A stretch of DNA of 49,666 nt, from IMG/VR virus record IMGVR_UViG_3300045988_171666; one strand, 5' to 3'. Made by a program: the position numbers and the translations under genes. This DNA is from a virus. Under the pieces are notes generated by a model. It was not told the origin of the DNA, did no database searches, and saw only the letters and a program-made list of their open reading frames with translations. Position 1 is the stretch's first letter. Each line of letters starts with the position of its first letter. Below are positions 1 through 8,477 of the stretch, piece after piece.

Positions 1-54
1 CTTGGTACCCCGACTTAGAAAAAGGGAAATGGTTGGTATTCAACTGTTTCCCTT
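1..54 (+). repeat. Terminal direct repeat, left copy (circular-assembly overlap, or att core if integrated)
   Basis: cttggtaccccgacttagaaaaagggaaatggttggtattcaactgtttccctt is identical to 49613-49666. Confidence 0.95.
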
Positions 55-73
55 TAACTGTTTTAATACCCCC

Positions 74-139
74 GGGACAGGAATGGGACATAAGTTATCA
101 AAGTGCCTCGTTTTAACATAACGGGACAATTTTGGGACA
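74..139 (+). promoter_or_regulatory. Four direct GGGACA repeats upstream of int (candidate integrase arm-type sites / attP arm)
   Basis: GGGACA at 74-79, 85-90, 123-128 and 134-139. The longer form GGGACAGGAA occurs at 74-83 and 134-143. Confidence 0.35.
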
Positions 140-211
140 GGAAATGTCTGTAAGATTTTTAGTGTAAATGTCTTAGCGTTGATTTTAATTTAAAATTGAC
201 GTTAAAAAAAA

Positions 212-1387
212 ATGCCTAAAAGGAAACAAAGTTCGAGTGTTTTGAGCATCGTAGCTTATACTCCGCCTCAATTATATGTCGGTGTGGAATGGTATATCGG
301 ATTTATGGCCTTCGATCCAGCAAAGGGAAAGATGCGCCGAAAAAAAATCAAGCTTAATCATATTTCGAAAATAGGAGAGAGGAGGATCTATGCGAAAGAT
401 TTGATCAATCGTCTTTCGGAACAACTTCGAAGAGGTTGGAACCCATGGATTGAACGGGAATCAGCATTATCTTATGTATTTATTGATGATGCCATAGAAC
501 ATTTCTTTCGGATACAGAAAAAATATTTGGATGATGACATTATCCGAGAAGCTACTTATGTGGAATATCAATCAAAGATTAGGAATCTCAAGAAATACAA
601 TGAGTCGTTGAAACAGTCGGCTACGTATATTTACCAAATTGATCAGCGCTTTTTGCAAGAGTTTTTGGATCATATATACATTGATCGCGGCAATACGGCC
701 AAAACTCATGATAACTACATAAGGGTTTTGAGTGTATTTTGTAAATTCCTAGTACGCTCTGGATATCACAAAACGAATATGGCCGAAGGTTTGCAAATTT
801 TAGGAAAGCGGCATTATCAAAAAAACAGGACAGTCTTGTCTATAAAAGATCTTGAGCGCTTACGGAACTACTTGATGGGGAATAATAAACATTTCTTGCT
901 AGCCTGTTACATTGAATATTATTGCCTTATTCGCCCTAAAGAGATGTCAATGCTGAAAATAAGGGATATATCGTTTAAGAATCAAACGATTTTAGTTAGT
1001 GGTGATATATCGAAGAACCGAAAAGATGCGGTGGTTACATTGAATAAAAAGGTTATTCAATTGATGATAGATTTGAAAATCTACCAATATCCGATGAATT
1101 ATTATCTTTTCTCAGATTCTTTCAAACCAGGAGAGAGTGGAAGAACCGAGAAACAGTTTAGGGATTATTGGTTATCCCATGTTATGAGAGATTTAAAGTT
1201 TTCGAAGGATTATAAGTTCTATTCCCTAAAAGATTCCGGAGTTACAATGATGCTTCGCCAAAATGTGGATGCTCTGTCTGTACGTGATCAAGCTAGGCAT
1301 TCCTCAATATCAATAACGGATATATATACGCCACATGATTTGAAGGAGGCGAATCCTTTGTTGACGGACTTTGATACGGGATTTTAA
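212..1387 (+). CDS. int: Tyrosine recombinase / phage integrase
   Basis: 391 aa. N-terminal arm-binding-like segment (EWYIGFMAFDPAKGKMRRKKIKL). C-terminal catalytic signature (LIRPKEM ... DQARHSSISITDIYT, giving HxxR plus a terminal Tyr). Lies next to the repeat junction. Confidence 0.9.
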   Translation: MPKRKQSSSVLSIVAYTPPQLYVGVEWYIGFMAFDPAKGKMRRKKIKLNHISKIGERRIYAKDLINRLSEQLRRGWNPWIERESALSYVFIDDAIEHFFRIQKKYLDDDIIREATYVEYQSKIRNLKKYNESLKQSATYIYQIDQRFLQEFLDHIYIDRGNTAKTHDNYIRVLSVFCKFLVRSGYHKTNMAEGLQILGKRHYQKNRTVLSIKDLERLRNYLMGNNKHFLLACYIEYYCLIRPKEMSMLKIRDISFKNQTILVSGDISKNRKDAVVTLNKKVIQLMIDLKIYQYPMNYYLFSDSFKPGESGRTEKQFRDYWLSHVMRDLKFSKDYKFYSLKDSGVTMMLRQNVDALSVRDQARHSSISITDIYTPHDLKEANPLLTDFDTGF

Positions 1388-1417
1388 TGAAAATATGATC
1401 TGGTCGTTGTTAATAGA

Positions 1418-1792
1418 TTACATTCCTAATAATTTCATCATCATCTCCACTTTCCTCTCCAAGGCACGATAATCGGCCAGTGTCACCCTTGGGGGTTCCG
1501 GGGGAAGATCGTCGGGAGGTTCGGGGGAGGCATCGGCGGCTATCATTGGCCTCACCGCTTCCTCCATGTCGGTATCCTCGTCAAGCAATACGGTCTCGGC
1601 GGCTACCGGATCGTCGATCTCCTCATAGTGCCCGGGGAGTTCTTCCAAGGGGGTATCCAGCCTCTCGCCGCCTAGGTGATAGGTCTTGCCCAGATAGATT
1701 TCCGGTCCAGCTATCCATCCGTCACTGATACGGCGGAAGACCTTGCCGTCCTCCGCTATCAGATGTTTGTTGTTTCGCTCGTCTGTTCTCAT
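1418..1792 (-). CDS. Hypothetical acidic/Pro-rich protein translationally coupled to the fibre gene (possible fibre chaperone)
   Basis: 124 aa. Its ATG overlaps the fibre stop codon (ATGA at 1789-1792). The DNA is visibly more GC-rich than the adjacent int gene. Confidence 0.5.
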   Translation of the reverse strand: MRTDERNNKHLIAEDGKVFRRISDGWIAGPEIYLGKTYHLGGERLDTPLEELPGHYEEIDDPVAAETVLLDEDTDMEEAVRPMIAADASPEPPDDLPPEPPRVTLADYRALERKVEMMMKLLGM

Positions 1793-4700
1793 GATGCTTT
1801 TTCTGATATGGGTTTGATACGACTTGCGTAAGCGGACCAGTTCGTAGCCGTCTTATAGGTATCTACGGCATCATCCGGAACGTAGATCGGACAGCTGTTG
1901 CCGTTCGTCAAGGCTCCGCTGGAGAGGGGAAAGGGGGTGGTGGATAAAACGCTGACGAAGGCCAAGGATCCGCAAGAACTGATAAGACCCGAGTTGTTCA
2001 TCATTTTAGTCCAATATGACAACGGGGTCAGATCCACGGAGGTAAGTCCATAGCACCCATTCAGCAAGCGATCGGCGTTCGTTACGTTCACCCATCCGGA
2101 CAACGGGGTCAGATCCACGGAGGTAAGTTTATTGCATCCACTCAGCAAGTAATAGGCGTTCGTTACGTTCACCCATCCGGACAACGGGGTCAGATCCACG
2201 GAGGTAAGTCCATAGCACCCATTCAGCAAGCTATCGGCGTTCGTTACGTTCACCCATCCGGACAACGGGGTCAGATCCACAGAGGTAAGTTTATCGCATC
2301 CACTCAGCAAGCCATAGGCGTTCGTTACGTTCACCCATCCGGACAACGGGGTCAGATCCACAGAGGTAAGGTTATAGCACCCATTCAGCAAGACACCGGC
2401 GTTCGTTACGTTCACCCATCCGGACAACGGGGTCAGATCCACAGAGGTAAGTCCATAGCACCCACTCAGCAAGCTATAGGCGCTCGTTACGTTCACCCAT
2501 CCGGACAACGGGGTCAGATCCACGGAGGTAAGTTTATTGCAGTTATACAGCAAGTAGTTTGCGGATGTTCTATTTATATCATTCTTAAATACGTCCTTAC
2601 CGAAGTAAATCAGATAGTAACATCCACTAAAAGTAATATCATAAACCTTACTTTCTCCAATGCTCCAGTACGCCACCAAGCAAGAGGTAGAGGCCATGCA
2701 GGAAGTGACATCCCCGCAGTTCCTTACCTCCACTTGATACAACCCGTCATCCCCATAGGTGTGTGGATAAGACTTGGATCCAGTACCCGAGGCGTTTTCC
2801 GTCATACCGTCGCCCCAGTCTATTATGTAATCTGCCGTAGTGGATTTTACGCTTATCGAGCAGGAGGGGCCCGTTAGCATCATCTGTATGTTGCCGTTCT
2901 CCTCGGGCTTTATGGCTATGGGGTTGATGTTCATATACACGTTCACGCTCATGGCTGACGTGCCAACGTTCACCGTTCCCTTGGCATCGTAATGATCCGG
3001 ATGGATCACCTCGTAATCGTACGATCCCTTCGTCAGTTGCAAGATACACTCGCCGTATAAATTGGTCTCCTTCGACTTGCCATCACAAGTTACGGTAGCC
3101 CCAGTGACAATCGCCCCAAACTGCCCCTTCACCACAAACTTCACATCCACCACCGCGTACACATCCAGCGTATGGCTCGTGTCATTCGTGATAGCTGGGA
3201 AATCAAACGTGTTGCTTCCGTAGCCCAACGCTGATACGGTTCCTTTCATCGCCTCGCCACCACGGATATAGACGTATCCGTTCGCGTCGGTCGTGTAGCT
3301 CTTGGTATCGGTGGTGATCATGGCTCCGGATAGATAGACGGATTGGCCGTAGACCTTTACCCTGATGGTACGCAAGGGGATGTATGTGATCGTATAGTCC
3401 TGCGTACGGGTTCCGGACACGAGATAATCGGCGGTGAAATCCTTGTGGTTGTCGCACTTGAAAACGATGGGGATCACGGAATCATCGTCCGCCGTCACCT
3501 TGTAGGTGTACTCGTTCACCTTCTCGTACTCATAATCCCCGCATTCGAACACGGCGTTGGTAATCGTCTTGGATTGGGAGGATCGGAACACGAATGTCGT
3601 GATAGTCGGCGGTAAGAGCGTCGTATAGGTAATCTCCAGTTCCGGAAAAGCCGCCCGGCACTTGGCTAGCTTATCGCTGGTAGCGGATATGGCGTGGAAT
3701 TTGCCCGTTATGACGGCGGTCTGTACGTTATTGCCGTTCTCGTCGATACCGCCGATCCTTATCAATTTATAGAGGTCGTTCAGGTTCGGGGCGGAGGCGT
3801 TGATGTCGATAAGACGGATACGGTTCAACACCGGGTTCTTGATGCCCAGACAGCGGGATATGAGATAGAACACGTTGATCCCCGTATCCTCGCAAACGAT
3901 CGTCGTAAGCCTCTCCACCCCCGCTATTTCGAAATAAGCGTCCGTAAGCTTGGATTGGTTACGGAGGGTTAAGCCCGTGAGGGTAGCCGGGAGATACAAC
4001 TTGGACAGGATACCGGCTGCCGGCAATACCACGGAGGTGATGGAAGTGCCTTGGGCATAGACCTCCTCCATGTTCTCGCATCCGGAGATATCCACCGCCT
4101 GCCTCAAATTTGGGCAGTTACGGATGTCCAGCTTGCGGAGCATGTTGTTCGTGCCGATCGAGAGCACGGTAAGGTTCGTGTTCTGATAGCCCGACATGCC
4201 GCTACCGATCAACAACTCTGAGAGGCGAGTAGCCTTGGATACGTCGATCGTACCGGCGTACAACCCCGACATATCCCCCAGTGACTTTACCCGGCTCGCC
4301 CCATAGATGATCGTCTCGGTGTCATTGAACACGATGTCGGGGGCCTCGATCAATACCGGCACGTCCTTGTAGGTACGTTGCCCCACCATGTAGGAACCGT
4401 ACTTTACACGGGTATACTGATCGGCGTACGGGATGATCGTCATGTTGGCCGACGGGGACACGCCCGTCCATTCCCGGGGCGTATAGAGACGCAAGGTCGC
4501 GAAATCCGAGAGGAAACTGCCAGCCGTATACTTACTGTCTATATAAAGGAAGCGGTTATACGTCCACCACTTACGGTTCTCGATACGGGAGCCTTGGGCG
4601 GCGTACAGGTAAGAGCCGTTGCCCTCCTCTATCAGCGGGTCGATATACTTGAAACGACCGTCGGCGTTGTAGATCGCCTCGCACCATTTGTCCGATTGCT

Positions 4701-7700
4701 CGCCGTTCAGCACGGACATGATCAAGTCGTACGAGAGCAATCCGCGGGTACGGATATCCTTGTACATCGCCTCGATCTCGGATGGGAAACATTTCTCTAG
4801 GTTGTTCCACAACACGCTACTCTCACCGTTCCAGACGTTTAGCGTGCCTATCTTGTCGTGATACTCTATATTGTATCCGAAAGCGATCAATCCCTCGTTG
4901 TTCAGGCCGAAACAGGTATCGTTGTCGTAAAAGATGAAGATCCATTTCCCCTCCTCATGGAAATAGGTAAGGAACATGTTCTTCGCCCGCTGGTCCACCA
5001 TACCGAACAACTCGGTGATAAGGTAGTAGGCGATCAGGTTATCGAGGTTGAAATGATTTCGAACCTCGTTCTTGAATTTCTCCAAGTTATCCTTGGTAGA
5101 TACGACCCATGAGGTAACGGCCATGAGCTTCTCCGGCTTGCGGGTGCCCGCCTCGTACTCGGCGTTGATAGCGTCATCGTCCGGATAGCGGGACTCGAAG
5201 TCGTTCATCCAGTCCGTCCCGGAGAAATCGGCGGACTTGAAGAGGCAACGATCGGAGGTATTGTTCGAGAACTCCCAGCTCTCGTCACCCTCGGAGAAAC
5301 CGAAGGTGTCGGCGGTGGACTTATCGTTATTGAAATTATATTTACCCACGAACTCCAGCGTATCACTTGCCGTCTCACGGTGGAAGATGGCTATCGGATA
5401 GCCGTCTACCGTGGTGCGGACCTCCTTGTTCGTCTTTTGGGGCGGGGTGGTAAGCCCCATTTCTATCAATAGGGAATTGATGACCTTGGCCATACCCGTG
5501 TTGTGCGTACCGGAAGACTCGGCGAAATCAGCCTTGACACAGAAGGCGTTTACGGGAATGCTATTCGCCCGTAGCGCGTATGTCGGCGATGTCCTTCCGC
5601 TCTCCGTGTAGGTAATGTCTGCCTTGAACTTGAACTTCCAGTTCTTCCTCGGATAATATTGGGAGGAGGTACCTTGCACGTCATTCTGGACGTTCTCGCA
5701 AGAGAAAGAGCGCCCGGGTTCTTGCAAGTCCGTAAAATAGACCTTGTTTGTTTTCTTATCGCCTTTATAAGTAGGCAACGGCCCCTCGAAGATCAAGCAA
5801 GGCAATCGCTCCAACACCTTTTGATAGGTGATATCCCCATAATCATTATATACTTGGTTCCGGTTGTAGATAGCCAGCGCCTTGTCGTAATCGTCCAGAT
5901 CGCCTATGAAGTTATCGAGCATCTGGTATTGGTTCAAGTCGTTATCGTAGACACGGATGTTATACAGGTCGATCGTACAGCCCTCGCTACCGATCATGAT
6001 ATCCTGCGGAACCTTCTGCTGGAAATTATCCTCCGACGGATATTGCGCCGCCCCGGACATGATGCCGTTGATATAGATGTATATCAAACGGTTTAGCGTG
6101 CGTTTCTCAACCACGAGGGAGATGCGAACCCTCTCCTCCTCCTTGAACCGGGTGTCGATCGTGGTCTGCTCAGATGAGAACACCGCTTTCTGGGAAGATA
6201 TCTGAAGGCCGATCCCCCCGTTCACACACTCGATAGCGATAGCCTCGTAATCGGTCACGTCACGGGTGTAGAACTCGAACTCGATGGTCTTACCCGTGGC
6301 CCGGAAGTCATCCTTGAATATCTTCAGCGGGATACGCACACGAGCGTCACCCGAGACACGGAGGGAGGTGCTATCCCGTTCCGAGATCCAGCCGTTCGTC
6401 TTGAAGTTGAAGCCGGTCAGATCCGCGGATATATCCCCGTATTTCCACTCGTTACGGTTATTGTCGTTGTTGCTCCGGTTCTGAGAGGTCAGCCAGAGTT
6501 GCAGGTTCGCCTTCTCCGGCTCCACGATAACCTCGGCGGGGGATACGGTGAGCGTAAAGGTCCGGGAGGCCGACCCGCTGGATATCTTCAGGGAGAGATC
6601 TCCCGACTGGGGAATACGGTAATTCCACTCGTGCAAGGTGCGGTCTACGCTCTGCGTGGATACCGTGGCGTTGTTCGCCGATAGCGTAACCTCCGATAGC
6701 GAGGAGTCCGGCGTATAGACCACGAAGGGGATCGTGAGCCGGTCGTATTGCCGCGCGGCGGTCTGGGCGAAAGAAGAGGCCACGATAGGCGTGTTATCCC
6801 CCTCCACGATACAGATAAGGTCGTTGGTAAGCGTGTTGCTCCGGATCAGCTCCTCGTTGATAAGGGCCGTCATGTAGACTTGGAGCGAGTGCGCCCCATG
6901 CGTCTGCCTAGGGATCACGTAGGTCAATTGCCGGTTCGAGGCACTGGTCTCCACCGTTCCCAACTCCTTCCCGTCCAGTACAAAATGCACCGTCTTGTTG
7001 ATAGCCCCCACGGGCGTATAGCGATACACGATCTCCCCGGAATAGACGAGCGCCGGGTCTATGGAGGAGGATATGGACATGGATATCACCTCAATCGTAT
7101 AGGATAGGGAACGTGACGATCCCGTGCTATCCTTCACGGTTACCCTTACCGTGTTGGAGCCGGTGATCAAGTGTTCCGTCGGATCGAAATAATTATTGCC
7201 CTGCGAGATGGATACCATGCCCACCTTCTGGCTGTTCACGGTGTAAGTGGCCGTTCCCGGCCCGGTCTCGGAACCGTCATCCTGATAGACGCTCGTGAAA
7301 TTGTATCCCACGGTGACGGCGGCCCCCTCTACCGTGGTGATGAGCGTATCGGTGACGCTCACGAGTTTCATGGTCACGCCGCCACCACCACCTCCACCTC
7401 CGATCTCGGAGAGGTTCTTCACCGTCCAGAGCGAGCTACCGGCCTCTTGCACCAGCACACGGGACTCGTCCGGATCTTGGTCTACGATATCATCCACGTT
7501 GGTAAGCTCGCCCAGCGAGCTAGCCCCGCCGCCGCCCCCGCTTCCGGAGCCTACCGGGATAGCGTCCGATACGACAATGCCCCCGGAGGTAAGATACAGA
7601 TTACCGTCTTTCGAGTAGCCGTTATCCACCTTCTTTTCCAGCAATTTCTTGATCGCCTCCAGCTCCTTGGCATAATCCCCGTCCAATTTACCGAGCAAGT

Positions 7701-7890
7701 CTTTCAGCCGGACCTTGACGTACGAGACGTTAAGACCTTTCTCCTCCAAGGCCGGCAAAGAGTTTACGAAATCCATGCTCTCCGCTACACGGAGATCCTC
7801 TACGCTAAGGGAACCCGCCTCTATAGCGTTCTTTACGATCGGGGTTAAAGTCTCGACCAGTTCTTTAATTTCTTCGAGAGTATATGCCAT
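1789..7890 (-). CDS. Giant multidomain tail fibre / receptor-binding protein
   Basis: 2033 aa, last gene of the tail module. Gly runs (GSGSGGGGG, GGGGGGGG). LamG-like stretch (LRVSGDARVRIPL...IYIYINGIMSG...IRVYDNDL). CotH-like core (RKNWKFKFKA, FCVKADFAESSGTHN, MVDQRAKNMFL..WIFIFYDNDTCFG). CarboxypepD_reg-like sandwiches (TDANGYVYIRG). PKD-like motif (DWGDGMTE..HTYGDDGLYQVEV). Seven C-terminal 27-aa BspA-type LRRs. Confidence 0.75.
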   Translation of the reverse strand: MAYTLEEIKELVETLTPIVKNAIEAGSLSVEDLRVAESMDFVNSLPALEEKGLNVSYVKVRLKDLLGKLDGDYAKELEAIKKLLEKKVDNGYSKDGNLYLTSGGIVVSDAIPVGSGSGGGGGASSLGELTNVDDIVDQDPDESRVLVQEAGSSLWTVKNLSEIGGGGGGGGVTMKLVSVTDTLITTVEGAAVTVGYNFTSVYQDDGSETGPGTATYTVNSQKVGMVSISQGNNYFDPTEHLITGSNTVRVTVKDSTGSSRSLSYTIEVISMSISSSIDPALVYSGEIVYRYTPVGAINKTVHFVLDGKELGTVETSASNRQLTYVIPRQTHGAHSLQVYMTALINEELIRSNTLTNDLICIVEGDNTPIVASSFAQTAARQYDRLTIPFVVYTPDSSLSEVTLSANNATVSTQSVDRTLHEWNYRIPQSGDLSLKISSGSASRTFTLTVSPAEVIVEPEKANLQLWLTSQNRSNNDNNRNEWKYGDISADLTGFNFKTNGWISERDSTSLRVSGDARVRIPLKIFKDDFRATGKTIEFEFYTRDVTDYEAIAIECVNGGIGLQISSQKAVFSSEQTTIDTRFKEEERVRISLVVEKRTLNRLIYIYINGIMSGAAQYPSEDNFQQKVPQDIMIGSEGCTIDLYNIRVYDNDLNQYQMLDNFIGDLDDYDKALAIYNRNQVYNDYGDITYQKVLERLPCLIFEGPLPTYKGDKKTNKVYFTDLQEPGRSFSCENVQNDVQGTSSQYYPRKNWKFKFKADITYTESGRTSPTYALRANSIPVNAFCVKADFAESSGTHNTGMAKVINSLLIEMGLTTPPQKTNKEVRTTVDGYPIAIFHRETASDTLEFVGKYNFNNDKSTADTFGFSEGDESWEFSNNTSDRCLFKSADFSGTDWMNDFESRYPDDDAINAEYEAGTRKPEKLMAVTSWVVSTKDNLEKFKNEVRNHFNLDNLIAYYLITELFGMVDQRAKNMFLTYFHEEGKWIFIFYDNDTCFGLNNEGLIAFGYNIEYHDKIGTLNVWNGESSVLWNNLEKCFPSEIEAMYKDIRTRGLLSYDLIMSVLNGEQSDKWCEAIYNADGRFKYIDPLIEEGNGSYLYAAQGSRIENRKWWTYNRFLYIDSKYTAGSFLSDFATLRLYTPREWTGVSPSANMTIIPYADQYTRVKYGSYMVGQRTYKDVPVLIEAPDIVFNDTETIIYGASRVKSLGDMSGLYAGTIDVSKATRLSELLIGSGMSGYQNTNLTVLSIGTNNMLRKLDIRNCPNLRQAVDISGCENMEEVYAQGTSITSVVLPAAGILSKLYLPATLTGLTLRNQSKLTDAYFEIAGVERLTTIVCEDTGINVFYLISRCLGIKNPVLNRIRLIDINASAPNLNDLYKLIRIGGIDENGNNVQTAVITGKFHAISATSDKLAKCRAAFPELEITYTTLLPPTITTFVFRSSQSKTITNAVFECGDYEYEKVNEYTYKVTADDDSVIPIVFKCDNHKDFTADYLVSGTRTQDYTITYIPLRTIRVKVYGQSVYLSGAMITTDTKSYTTDANGYVYIRGGEAMKGTVSALGYGSNTFDFPAITNDTSHTLDVYAVVDVKFVVKGQFGAIVTGATVTCDGKSKETNLYGECILQLTKGSYDYEVIHPDHYDAKGTVNVGTSAMSVNVYMNINPIAIKPEENGNIQMMLTGPSCSISVKSTTADYIIDWGDGMTENASGTGSKSYPHTYGDDGLYQVEVRNCGDVTSCMASTSCLVAYWSIGESKVYDITFSGCYYLIYFGKDVFKNDINRTSANYLLYNCNKLTSVDLTPLSGWVNVTSAYSLLSGCYGLTSVDLTPLSGWVNVTNAGVLLNGCYNLTSVDLTPLSGWVNVTNAYGLLSGCDKLTSVDLTPLSGWVNVTNADSLLNGCYGLTSVDLTPLSGWVNVTNAYYLLSGCNKLTSVDLTPLSGWVNVTNADRLLNGCYGLTSVDLTPLSYWTKMMNNSGLISSCGSLAFVSVLSTTPFPLSSGALTNGNSCPIYVPDDAVDTYKTATNWSAYASRIKPISEKAS
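2018..2607 (-). repeat. 81-bp tandem repeat array encoding the LRR units of the fibre
   Basis: ggtaag phase markers at 2041, 2122, 2203, 2284, 2365, 2446 and 2527, an exact 81-nt period. There are six near-identical units, with degenerate units on both sides. Confidence 0.95.
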
Positions 7891-7904
7891 GGGATCAAGA
7901 TTGC

Positions 7905-8186
7905 TTATAGGGTTACCGTCTCGTTAAATATCCTGTCGAAAGCGTTTTGCACCTTCGTATACGCGCTTATCCATTCCTCTCCGGTAAGGCTGTCCGGGGA
8001 TTCTTGGAAGAAAGAGAGCCTTTTGTTACGATCAGCGGACGCGTACCCGATACGGGTACCGGCATCGTATATGTAGGCATCTATATGCTGGAATGGCTCG
8101 CTTTCTTTACGGGACGCCTCTATCTTCACGAAACCCGTGGAAGATAGGGCTTCCGTCAAGGACTTATTGATTGTCGTTGTTTCCAT
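7905..8186 (-). CDS. Hypothetical tail-module protein
   Basis: 93-aa ORF, co-oriented and tightly packed between the large tail protein and the fibre. Confidence 0.45.
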   Translation of the reverse strand: METTTINKSLTEALSSTGFVKIEASRKESEPFQHIDAYIYDAGTRIGYASADRNKRLSFFQESPDSLTGEEWISAYTKVQNAFDRIFNETVTL

Positions 8187-8460
8187 TTTTCTTTGTTTTA
8201 GGGGTTAGTAACTCGTTCATGGCATTTTTCAAGGGGGCGATAAAGGATGATCCCATGATGATATCCTTGACGGACTCAGCCATAGGTCTCGGAACATCGA
8301 TAGCTTCCTTGCTGTAGTATATCTTCTTTCCGAAATCAGAGACAGCGATATCCGCCGTACGTCCATAGACCAAGTTTCCTACCTCTTTTGTCAAGTCTAT
8401 AACTACGGGATCGCCTTCTACCGTAGCGTTAATACTTACTTTACTGAAATCTACTTTCAT
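8164..8460 (-). CDS. Hypothetical tail-module protein
   Basis: 98-aa ORF, co-oriented, overlapping the next ORF by 23 nt. Confidence 0.45.
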   Translation of the reverse strand: MKVDFSKVSINATVEGDPVVIDLTKEVGNLVYGRTADIAVSDFGKKIYYSKEAIDVPRPMAESVKDIIMGSSFIAPLKNAMNELLTPKTKKNGNNDNQ

Positions 8461-8477
8461 GTTTTTATATATTAAAA

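Noticed and set aside
1-54. The terminal repeat as the 3' end of a tRNA gene, a common integration target.
   Set aside because: I could find no acceptor/T-arm pairing and no GTTCNANNC T-loop on either strand. tRNAscan-SE is still needed to settle this.
340-347. An A8 run inside int, and an A9 run just upstream of its ATG, as possible slippage or phase-variation sites.
   Set aside because: The coding run simply encodes RKKI within an intact full-length integrase. Nothing in a single sequence indicates length heterogeneity.
2018-2607. The regular 81-bp repeat array could be mistaken for a CRISPR array.
   Set aside because: It lies entirely inside one long ORF. The constant block (~54 nt) is longer than the variable block (~27 nt). 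Everything stays in frame as 27-aa LRR units, and no cas genes or leader are present.
1789-2607. A diversity-generating retroelement as the source of the fibre-tip variability.
   Set aside because: No reverse transcriptase ORF, template repeat or Avd-like gene exists anywhere in the window. The variation is between tandem units, not between a variable-region/template-repeat pair.
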